From IMG/VR virus record IMGVR_UViG_3300032050_000075, positions 16,960-80,959 of that record: a stretch of 64,000 bases of DNA; one strand, given 5' to 3'. This document shows positions 1 through 8,300 of the stretch, piece after piece. The notes under the pieces were generated by a model that was not told the origin of the DNA, made no database searches, and saw nothing but the letters and a program-made list of their open reading frames with translations. Every line of letters starts with the position of its first letter. Position 1 is the first letter of the stretch. Source of the DNA: a virus. Made by a program: the position numbers and the translations under genes.

Positions 1-159
1 GATAAATATCAGCAGATATATGTGTTTGATGTTGAAAAAAATACTATGTTATTATGGAGAGAAAAACTTAAAGACAAACTTGAAATAGCTAAATATCATT
101 ATAATAATAGATATTACGCTTTACCATATGAGTTTGCAACAGGTAAAATCACCCTATAA
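1..159 (+). CDS. 3' end of a truncated gene, possibly a PD-(D/E)XK-family exonuclease
   Basis: Frame 1 is open from base 1 to TAA at 157-159 (DKYQQIYVFDV...YHYNNRYYALPYEFATGKITL). The family is suggested only by recalled similarity and its position before the polymerase. Confidence 0.45.
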   Translation, partial: DKYQQIYVFDVEKNTMLLWREKLKDKLEIAKYHYNNRYYALPYEFATGKITL

Positions 160-161
160 AA

Positions 162-713
162 ATGGTAACTAAACTGTATACTGAATATATCCAAAAGTCT
201 AGATTATTTATATATCCTCTTTTGGATATTAGAAAAGGTTCTGAGGCTGTTCCAATTGAGAGTTATATCAGTTGGACTGGTCTTCATGATCCTGAAGATA
301 TGAAGTTTGTATGTGTATATCACTTGAGGGACGATGATGTATTTAGAAGATTTGAAAAGAATAAACTTACCAGCAATAAACTTTTCCATTCTTTCTACGA
401 AACAACAAACGATGAGGGTGTGTATGTTTTTGATATGTCTAGTTATAAATATGACTGGGAACAATTCTTAGCCGGTCGGTATTCTCATATGACTACTGAT
501 ACTAAGAATAAAGTACTTAAGTTTTTTATGGCTAATAAGTCTAATTATCATCAAATAAACAGCTATCTAAATCCCGAAATTTACTATGAGCAATATGCTA
601 ACTTACTGAATGTCAGTGAAAAGATCCTACGTGATGTTGGCGAGTTATGTTCAAAGCCAGATTTAAAGAAAGAAAATTTGAAAGCAAAGGTTAAATCTAT
701 ATCTTTGTTCTAG
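162..713 (+). CDS. hypothetical phage protein (183 aa)
   Basis: Intact ORF tightly packed in the + strand operon; no motif recognised. Confidence 0.75.
   Translation: MVTKLYTEYIQKSRLFIYPLLDIRKGSEAVPIESYISWTGLHDPEDMKFVCVYHLRDDDVFRRFEKNKLTSNKLFHSFYETTNDEGVYVFDMSSYKYDWEQFLAGRYSHMTTDTKNKVLKFFMANKSNYHQINSYLNPEIYYEQYANLLNVSEKILRDVGELCSKPDLKKENLKAKVKSISLF
677..707 (+). promoter_or_regulatory. Bacteroidota sigma70-type promoter (-33 TTTG / -7 TAnnTTTG)
   Basis: TTTG at 677-680, 19-nt spacer, TATCTTTG at 700-707, 24 nt upstream of the ATG at 732. Matches the established Bacteroidetes housekeeping consensus. Confidence 0.7.
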
Positions 714-731
714 TATCCTTAAAAAACCAAC

Positions 732-1103
732 ATGAATAATATGATGTTATTTACGTCTAGTTGGAAAAACAACCAGACGTTTAAAATGATTCCTGCAACG
801 GAAGACTGTCCATTTGTAGAATGTATCTTTGATTCACAGCTAAAAGTCTTGGCTGTTATCGGTAAGAACAAGAAAGATCAATTCCATTTAATCACAAAGC
901 TAGATGCTAATGGTGATCCAGAACCTAGGAAGAATCCTAAGTCTGCAGATAAAATGGTTAAAGAAGAAAGAAGAACTCTTGAAACATACCAAGAGTATTA
1001 TTTAGAAGAGAGATCTGATATTGAAGCATTTGTAAATCATTTTGCTTTTAACTCAGACAAGTATGACTTTAAAAAGTTTTTTGAAACAGCGGTAACGGAA
1101 TAA
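732..1103 (+). CDS. hypothetical phage protein (123 aa)
   Basis: Intact ORF with an A-rich leader and no Shine-Dalgarno, typical of Bacteroidota. Confidence 0.75.
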   Translation: MNNMMLFTSSWKNNQTFKMIPATEDCPFVECIFDSQLKVLAVIGKNKKDQFHLITKLDANGDPEPRKNPKSADKMVKEERRTLETYQEYYLEERSDIEAFVNHFAFNSDKYDFKKFFETAVTE

Positions 1104-1109
1104 TAACTA

Positions 1110-3098
1110 ATGAATCATTGGATTATAGACTATGAGACATTAGTAGATTGTACTGTTTTATGTGCTCAGCACTATAAAGATCCTGAAGATTTAAGGGTAT
1201 TCGTTGTATCTAGGCTTCGTAATGATATACAGAAGCTATATCTATTCCTTGTAGATAATGTACTTGATGACGAGTTCCATATCAGCTTTAATGGTATTGG
1301 ATTCGATAATCAGATTACTTCATTTATAATGAACCGTTTTGGTATTGGTATTTATGATACCATGAACGGTGAACATATAGCTGCTGAAATATATGAAGAG
1401 GCACAGAGGATAATCACTGAACAAGATTTTAAGCCGACTTGGAAGAACAATGTAATTAATACCATTGATCTATATAAGTTGAATCACTGGGATAATCCTG
1501 CAAAGAAATCTAGTTTAAAGTGGATACAGTATAGCATGGATTGGTATAACATTCAAGAGATGCCAATTCATCATACAACGTCTATAACAAAACAAGAACA
1601 GCTAGATACTATTATTCAGTATTGTATTAATGACGTTAAGTCCACTACTAAGATATATCAGCTTAGCAAGAGTCAGATAGCTTTACGGAAAGCACTGACA
1701 AAGGAATATGATATTGATATGTTTAGTGCTTCTGAACCTAGGATTTCTAAGCTTTTATTTATGCACTTCTTGAGTAAGAAGACTGGTATAAATAAGTATG
1801 AGCTGAATCAACTTAGGACAAGAAGAGAAACAATACGGATAGGTGATATCATACTGCCATACATTAAGTTTAAACATCCTGAATTTAAGAGTGTGCTAGA
1901 TAAGTTTAAATCCATAGTTCTTGATACAAGAAATACAAAGGGTGGATTTAAATATTCTATTACACATAAGGGTGTTAAAACTGACTTTGGTCTTGGCGGT
2001 GTTCATGGTGCAACATCTCCAGGTATCTATGAGGCTAAAGATGGGATGATTATAATGACGTCAGACGTTACTAGTTTCTATCCTAATCTAGCCATCATGA
2101 ATAAATGGTCTCCAGCACATCTACCTAAGGAAGAATTTTGTGAGCAGTACCAATGGTTCTTTGAGGAAAGGAAAAAGATACCGAAGAAAGATCCTAGAAA
2201 TTATGTTTATAAGATCATTCTGAATAGTACCTATGGTCTTAGCAATGACGAGAATAGCTTTTTGTATGATCCTGAGTTTACTATGCGTATTACTGTAAAT
2301 GGCCAGCTTTGTTTGACCATGTTATATGAAATGCTTAGCACTGGAATTCCCGGATCAATTCCTATTATGCAGAATACAGATGGTCTTGAGATGATGATAC
2401 CAGCACATTACAAAGACAAGTATCTAGAAATCTGTGCAGAATGGGAGAAACTAACGAAGCTAAGTCTAGAGCATGACCAGTACAATAAACTGATTCTTGC
2501 TGATGTAAATAATTACATTGCTGTACATAAAACTAAATCATGTTCCAAGGAAGAGTGGGAAAACTTGAGGTCGCAAAGTCCACATTATATATTTACCCAA
2601 GACAAAGATTGCTATTATTATAACGCAACTAAGTGCAAGGGTAGATTTGAATTTTCGGATCTAGCTCTTCATAAAAACAAAAGTTTCCTGATTATTCCTA
2701 AAGCTATTTATTATTACTTCGTTCATGATGTACTACCAGAACATTATTTACGGGACAATAAAAACATATTTGATTATTGTGCAGGTGTAAAGGCTAAGGG
2801 TGACTGGAAGTTTATTGAGACCTGTATCGTAGGGACAGAGAAAATAAGCAATGAGCTACAGAAAATAGTACGCTACTATGTATCAAATAAAGGATGCAAA
2901 ATAGTAAAGCGTAACACTATGGACGGTAGAGAAATACAAACAGAATCAGGCAGATGGCAGCAGAAAGTATTTAACGAGTATGTAGATCTTCCCTGGTCTG
3001 ATTATGATCTAAATGAAAAGTATTATATAGATCGTATCTATAAAGAGATTAGTAATGTTACTAGTTCTCAAAACCAATATCAATTAACACTTTTTTAG
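1110..3098 (+). CDS. polB: family B DNA polymerase with 3'-5' exonuclease (crAss-like PolB)
   Basis: ExoI IDYET, ExoII SFNGIGFD, ExoIII YCINDV; motif A SDVTSFYPN, motif B KIILNSTYG, motif C QNTDG. Confidence 0.92.
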   Translation: MNHWIIDYETLVDCTVLCAQHYKDPEDLRVFVVSRLRNDIQKLYLFLVDNVLDDEFHISFNGIGFDNQITSFIMNRFGIGIYDTMNGEHIAAEIYEEAQRIITEQDFKPTWKNNVINTIDLYKLNHWDNPAKKSSLKWIQYSMDWYNIQEMPIHHTTSITKQEQLDTIIQYCINDVKSTTKIYQLSKSQIALRKALTKEYDIDMFSASEPRISKLLFMHFLSKKTGINKYELNQLRTRRETIRIGDIILPYIKFKHPEFKSVLDKFKSIVLDTRNTKGGFKYSITHKGVKTDFGLGGVHGATSPGIYEAKDGMIIMTSDVTSFYPNLAIMNKWSPAHLPKEEFCEQYQWFFEERKKIPKKDPRNYVYKIILNSTYGLSNDENSFLYDPEFTMRITVNGQLCLTMLYEMLSTGIPGSIPIMQNTDGLEMMIPAHYKDKYLEICAEWEKLTKLSLEHDQYNKLILADVNNYIAVHKTKSCSKEEWENLRSQSPHYIFTQDKDCYYYNATKCKGRFEFSDLALHKNKSFLIIPKAIYYYFVHDVLPEHYLRDNKNIFDYCAGVKAKGDWKFIETCIVGTEKISNELQKIVRYYVSNKGCKIVKRNTMDGREIQTESGRWQQKVFNEYVDLPWSDYDLNEKYYIDRIYKEISNVTSSQNQYQLTLF

Positions 3099-3099
3099 A

Positions 3100-3987
3100 A
3101 TGAGCAGAACATTGCCAAGTGGTATAACCCGTTCCTTCTTGGAGCAGGTTGCAATACCGAATCATGGGGGTAGGTATACTCCCATTAGCCATAAGTCAAT
3201 TATTGACAAGAGTCTTGAAACAATTGTAAATAAAGGCTTTAATATTAAACAGGAACTGTATGCATCTAATGCATCCGGTACTGTTGCTATGGGTAAAATT
3301 TTATTGGATTACGGAAGTGATCCAGATTTGAAGATGATGTTTGTATGGGGTAACTCATATGATAAGTCAACAAGATTTAAGTGCGGCATCGGTGCATATA
3401 TTGAGAGAACTAACTCTTACATATTTGCAGGACATCTATCCAACTTTGCTAGAAAGCATACGGGTAATGCTGATCAATTAGCTGTAGAGATGATTGAAAC
3501 ACAATTGAATCAGGCTAATATGTTCTACAATTACTTGTGTAATGGTAAGAACCAAATGATTGCCAAAGAGCTTACTGTTAAAGAGATGTCTGAGATTACT
3601 GGTAGATTGTTTATTGAAGAGCAAGTTCTTAATAAAGAACAAGTATCTATGGTAAGGGATCACATTGTTAATGAGGTAGCATTATTTGAAGAATACTCTA
3701 AAAATAATTTGTGGAACTTCTATAACAGTATCGGTTATGCATTGAAGCATTCTCATCCTAAGACCTGGTTTGAAGATCAGAGCAAAGCATACAGCCACAT
3801 TCTAAATAATGTTATCAATCAACCTAGTGTTGCAGTAAACATTACTCCGTCTGAGACTGAAGAGCAAGTGCCTGATAATCAAATGAATATATTTGATGTC
3901 ATTGATGAAGCGGAACCTGTTACAAATTCTGATGAGATTCTTAGTATCTTTGACGATAATAGTCCATTAGAACTTCCTGAACTTTAA
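3100..3987 (+). CDS. DUF932-like protein with acidic C-terminal tail
   Basis: YTPISH..., GNSYDKS, RKHTG and NLWNFYN pattern typical of DUF932/LGT_TIGR03299-type phage proteins. Confidence 0.6.
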   Translation: MSRTLPSGITRSFLEQVAIPNHGGRYTPISHKSIIDKSLETIVNKGFNIKQELYASNASGTVAMGKILLDYGSDPDLKMMFVWGNSYDKSTRFKCGIGAYIERTNSYIFAGHLSNFARKHTGNADQLAVEMIETQLNQANMFYNYLCNGKNQMIAKELTVKEMSEITGRLFIEEQVLNKEQVSMVRDHIVNEVALFEEYSKNNLWNFYNSIGYALKHSHPKTWFEDQSKAYSHILNNVINQPSVAVNITPSETEEQVPDNQMNIFDVIDEAEPVTNSDEILSIFDDNSPLELPEL

Positions 3988-3994
3988 TTAACCA

Positions 3995-4019
3995 GGGGAG
4001 GGGCATGAAATCCCTCCCC
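3995..4019 (+). terminator. GC-rich hairpin (GGGGAGGG...CCCTCCCC), terminator or processing site
   Basis: 8-bp perfect stem right after the stop at 3987; weak U-tract. Confidence 0.5.
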
Positions 4020-4034
4020 ATACCTTTAACTGCT

Positions 4035-4445
4035 ATGAACTTCGAAGATTTTGAACAGATGTCATTGCATAGTCTTGCTGAGATTATGGAAAGATTTCAC
4101 AAGAAGAATGCTGAATATGCATCTATAGATGATGTATTTTCTAATTTTAAAAGAGCGGCAGGAGGACTGTCGTACCATTGTAAAGCTGAACAGGTAGCAT
4201 GGGAATATGCTGTTAAACACCTGCAGTCTGTAAAAGATATGATTGCATCAGAGACATCAACGGCTGAGGCAATAGATGAAAAGATCGGTGATGTAATTGC
4301 TTATATGCTAATCATAAAGGGTATGTTGTATAAAAGGATTAATTATAATCCTAATTATCCGAACTATGAAGGTGGAAGTGATAATCTTTGGAGTATTACC
4401 GAATCCTTGCATGATAGATTAATTTATACCCTTAAACCTGAGTAG
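4035..4445 (+). CDS. Nmad1/DUF1599-like (nucleotide-modification-associated, MazG-like fold) protein
   Basis: KKNAEYASIDDVFSNF ... KH ... EKIGDVIAYMLII motif. Start placed at ATG 4035 because ATG 4005 lies in the loop of the upstream hairpin. Confidence 0.6.
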   Translation: MNFEDFEQMSLHSLAEIMERFHKKNAEYASIDDVFSNFKRAAGGLSYHCKAEQVAWEYAVKHLQSVKDMIASETSTAEAIDEKIGDVIAYMLIIKGMLYKRINYNPNYPNYEGGSDNLWSITESLHDRLIYTLKPE

Positions 4446-4450
4446 TAGAT

Positions 4451-4831
4451 ATGAGAGATTATATTCAAATGGTTGGTGACTTCCATACTGTATTTGACCA
4501 GAAAGATGGAAACAAACCTAGGCTGATCAGCGCTAATGAAGGTAAGTTACGATACTCCTTACTTGCAGAAGAGAACAATGAGTACCTAGAGGCAGTAGAA
4601 AATGATGACCTAGTTGGAATTGCTGATGCCCTAGGAGATCAGCTTTATATTATCTATGGTACAATACTAAAGCACGGTCTTCAGCATAAGATTGAGGAAG
4701 TCTTTAGAGAAATTCATAGATCTAATATGAGTAAATTGGGTGCCGATGGTAAACCAATTTATAGAGAAGATGGTAAAATATTAAAAGGTCCTTCGTATTT
4801 TCGTCCTGATATTAAAAAAATAATCCAATGA
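4451..4831 (+). CDS. MazG-like/PRA-PH NTP pyrophosphohydrolase (DR2231-type dUTPase-like)
   Basis: LLAEENNEYLEA...IADALGDQLY...EIHRSNMSKLGADGKPIYREDGKILKGPSYFRP signature. Confidence 0.85.
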   Translation: MRDYIQMVGDFHTVFDQKDGNKPRLISANEGKLRYSLLAEENNEYLEAVENDDLVGIADALGDQLYIIYGTILKHGLQHKIEEVFREIHRSNMSKLGADGKPIYREDGKILKGPSYFRPDIKKIIQ

Positions 4832-5112
4832 AAGAACCAACAATCCAAATCCATGATTCAAAGAGAAGAATCATGGTAGCTAATGAAGAAACTGGTGAGA
4901 AAGAAAGAACAACTGTCTATGGCTATGTTGTAAAAACAGTAGCTAAAAATGGTCAGATTCTTCAAGTATCCGAAGTATTTAATGACATCAAAGCAGTTAA
5001 AACGCACATCAAAGCAATGATGACTGCTTGGTGTTCAGATGAACTATCTATCACAATCGTTGACAAAACCAAAGAAACTAAGTTTAGCAAGTTTGCTACA
5101 ACTTTAGTGTAG
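4828..5112 (+). CDS. hypothetical protein, weakly YegP/DUF1508-like
   Basis: ATGA overlap with the previous gene; AKNGQILQVSEVF resembles the DUF1508 core. Confidence 0.55.
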   Translation: MKEPTIQIHDSKRRIMVANEETGEKERTTVYGYVVKTVAKNGQILQVSEVFNDIKAVKTHIKAMMTAWCSDELSITIVDKTKETKFSKFATTLV

Positions 5113-5140
5113 TGTTTTAGTTTGTTATTATTTGATTAGG

Positions 5141-5170
5141 AGAGGCCCCGGGTAATACCGGGGTTTTTCT
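5141..5170 (+). terminator. intrinsic terminator between the convergent replication and virion modules
   Basis: GGCCCCGG-gtaata-CCGGGGTT stem followed by TTTCTTT. Confidence 0.75.
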
Positions 5171-5314
5171 TTACCTACCCTGACCGCGATATTTCTTCTT
5201 GTAGTTTTTACTGGACTTTAATCCACTGTTTCTACTCTTAGCTACTACACCTGGTCTTTTTTTTCTTGTGCCTTTAGGTGCAAAGGCATTCTTTACTGAT
5301 ACTGTTTTTGCCAT
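5171..5314 (-). CDS. small basic protein (47 aa), not in the ORF track
   Basis: Manual translation MAKTVSVKNAFAPKGTRKKRPGVVAKSRNSGLKSSKNYKKKYRGQGR; starts 4 nt after the 1910-aa gene stop. The KKYRGQGR ending is seen in small basic phage proteins. Confidence 0.75.
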   Translation of the reverse strand: MAKTVSVKNAFAPKGTRKKRPGVVAKSRNSGLKSSKNYKKKYRGQGR

Positions 5315-5318
5315 TCTA

Positions 5319-8300
5319 TTATCTCCAATTTGATGATTTAACCCAGTTAGTTGTTGCTTGTGCAGGATCTAATGATTTACCTGTAACGCCAAATGATCTA
5401 AAGAAATAACTTATTGCTTTACTTCCTTCTTCTCCTTCTTGCATCCATGAGTATGGTCCTTCTCTCTGATCCCAATATGCTTTAGTGTCATCTATTCCGA
5501 ATAGAGCATTACCTGCCACAAGACCTAATGCACCACCCATCTTCTTATAGTTATCTAAAGTATTTTTCATTGCTATGGCATCTAACTTGAGAATCTCTAG
5601 ATAGTTATCTGCACCTAGTCCAGGCAAAGGTAGCCATTGAACCGTTTCATTTTTAAGTTGCATTGTCATAAGAAGTGCATGGTTAGTTAACCATCCTCCT
5701 AATTTAAAATCAGCTTCATTCTCACTTACCCCAAAGAAGGGCAATGGTCCTGATCTATTTCTAAGTTTCTCAAATTTATCTTCATCATCTTCATCAAATC
5801 CGAAGATCATTGAGATAGCCATGCTAAATAGAATAAGATATGCTACATCGGCAGTTGTCTTGTATAATGCAGCCTTCTCTGATGGTGATAAGAAACTAAA
5901 GTATTCTCCTCTGCTTTGTATTCCTCTGAAGAGTGCTCTCATTGCTTCAACATGGAATCCCATTACAGTATCTCCAACAGCAGCATCATATCTGTATTTA
6001 GGATTACGTATACTACCTCTAAACTGATATCTGTTCAAGAACATTCTAATAAACCAGCGCTTAAAGGCTATTATAAATCTGAAGGCCATAAACTTATCGG
6101 CCTCAGCATAATCAAACTTAGCAAAAGAACCGTTCAGGTTATTGTTTACACCCTGTACCTTATTCTTAAATGCTTTAAACTTAACTCCATTAATCCCCCA
6201 TTCAGGGTCTACACCTTCTTTTAATCTTATTTGATTGTCTACTGTTTCCCATGCATCGATATATGCAATTCTTTTAGTAACTCCATTAATTGTTTGGGTT
6301 ACATTTTTCTCGTGATGCATCATTGCACCGAATATAGACAATGATGAATTTAATTCTGTCCATTTACGGAAGCTAGTCATCCAAGTTAGTCCACCAAGTG
6401 CATCTTTAGTTAACGATCTTGAACCATGGTCTGCAAACTTTTCCTCAAATCTACCCTGATATGCATCAAATATTTCAACAAGCTGTTCGTCATGTGACTT
6501 AGGTCCAAACTTATTTACGTTAAGACTTATCTCCCACATTGTTTTATTTGACCATGCTACTCCTTTAGCATAGTTGGTCATGTTGTAGTATTGACCTCCA
6601 GCTGCTTCTTGAATACTCTGGATTCTAGCAGAAAAAGAGTTCTTAAGTGCACTAGGTACGTCCATAGCAAAGTATCCAAAAGCGGATAACTTCATAATGT
6701 TATCTACGGCTTTGTTAATCCAGTGATTGTCCTTATCCTTACCTAGAACACCTTTACGTACTACTCCTTCAAATTCTCTTTCTATAAAGTTATCTATTGC
6801 TGTTTCTCTTATTGATTTCCCTTTACTCTTACCTAGTGTTGTTTTTTCTCCAACAAGACTCCAGGGACTATTGTTTTTCTGTGTTCTTTTATTAATGTTT
6901 TTAAATTCATTAATAGCATCTTCGGAACCTCTCATTACCATCTGTAGTGCCCTAGCCATTGGATTCATCTCAACAAGCTTTCTCTGCTTTTCAGATGCAA
7001 TCATAAATTTTAACATACCATAAGTTAAATCTAATGACACATCATCAGCTTCTAGAGCAGATAGTCCAGTGATTGGAATTCCGGCATTCTCATCATTGTA
7101 TACTTCGCCATCCATCATCATCATCTGATCTTTGAAGTTGTATCCTTCGTCAGCATCATCAGCTGCAGGTTTCCACAGTGATCTAATTCTTCTCCACCAC
7201 CTAGATATTGGATTTTCTAATTTACCTTCAGCAGTAAAGTATTCCATTCTAGACTCATAACCTTCCTTTCTATATCTAGGTATATCAAAACCTAATTTAG
7301 AATTATTGGGACTGTTTTCCTGGAAGGTAAAATGCCATTTAGTTAAGGCAATAATAGCATTATACAAGTTCTTATCCGTGTTGCGGATATTAAAGAACTT
7401 TTCATTTACATATTTCTTATCGTCAATGTCTAATCTAGGTAACCAGTTACCTTTATTATCTATGTTGGCCTTGGTGATATCTCCCTGTTCAATTGCCTCA
7501 AGTACAGATACAGGCTTCGTAACAAACTTCTGCCTTACAGTTCTCTCATAGTAAAGGTGATTAGGCATACCTACAATTGCCTCGTCCTGACCTAATGAGT
7601 TAGTAAAGCTAAATATTTCATAGTACTGTATGTTCTTGGGTCTTACTACACTCCAAGCTTTTACACGTTCTATCTTTCTAGTCTTTACCCCAAATTTATC
7701 GGTAACTGTTTTGATAATATGATTTTTATCAAACCATTCTTTAAATTCAGGATTAGTACTAACTATAGTATTATAGAAGTCCATGTTCAACACTCTATCT
7801 GCAGTATCCATTGTAAGATCTTTCATGTCAAAGTTTGACTCTAAAAGATTCATATCAACAAGGCTCAGATAGTTATTGAACATATCCATGTAATAATCTG
7901 TTGGATATGATTGCTGTAATTCTCCTAGCTCTGAGTATAGCTGGTACAGTTTAGTTTTATCTTCTTTAGACAAACCAAACTGTGATTTCTTATCTAGTAA
8001 TACTTTTACCTCATCTCTTTCTTCTTGAGTAACTGGCTCCCCCTCAGATAATTTTTCATAGTAATTACTAAGGGTAACATGTTCCAATTCTGTTAGACCA
8101 GTAAGCTTGGGTAAATTTTCTTTTGCAAGATTAATTAACTCCTGTGTTTCCTTTATGGCCTCGATGTTACGTAGGTCCATGGCTGTAGCTTCAGGCTGGT
8201 TATCCTCATCTCTATAGGGATTCATCAGCTGCAAAAGCTTTTCATAATGCTTGCTTATATCATAATCAGCCTGTAAGTTTTTGGGAAGTTTACTAGTTAT

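Noticed and set aside
1110-3098. Intein in the DNA polymerase
   Set aside because: Length and motif spacing are compact, with no intein splice or LAGLIDADG motifs.
4005-4034. ORF-track start at 4005 (also the extended starts at 43481, 60010 and 61007)
   Set aside because: These starts fall in a hairpin or overlap upstream genes; downstream ATGs (4035, 43442, 59947, 60956) fit the gene packing better.
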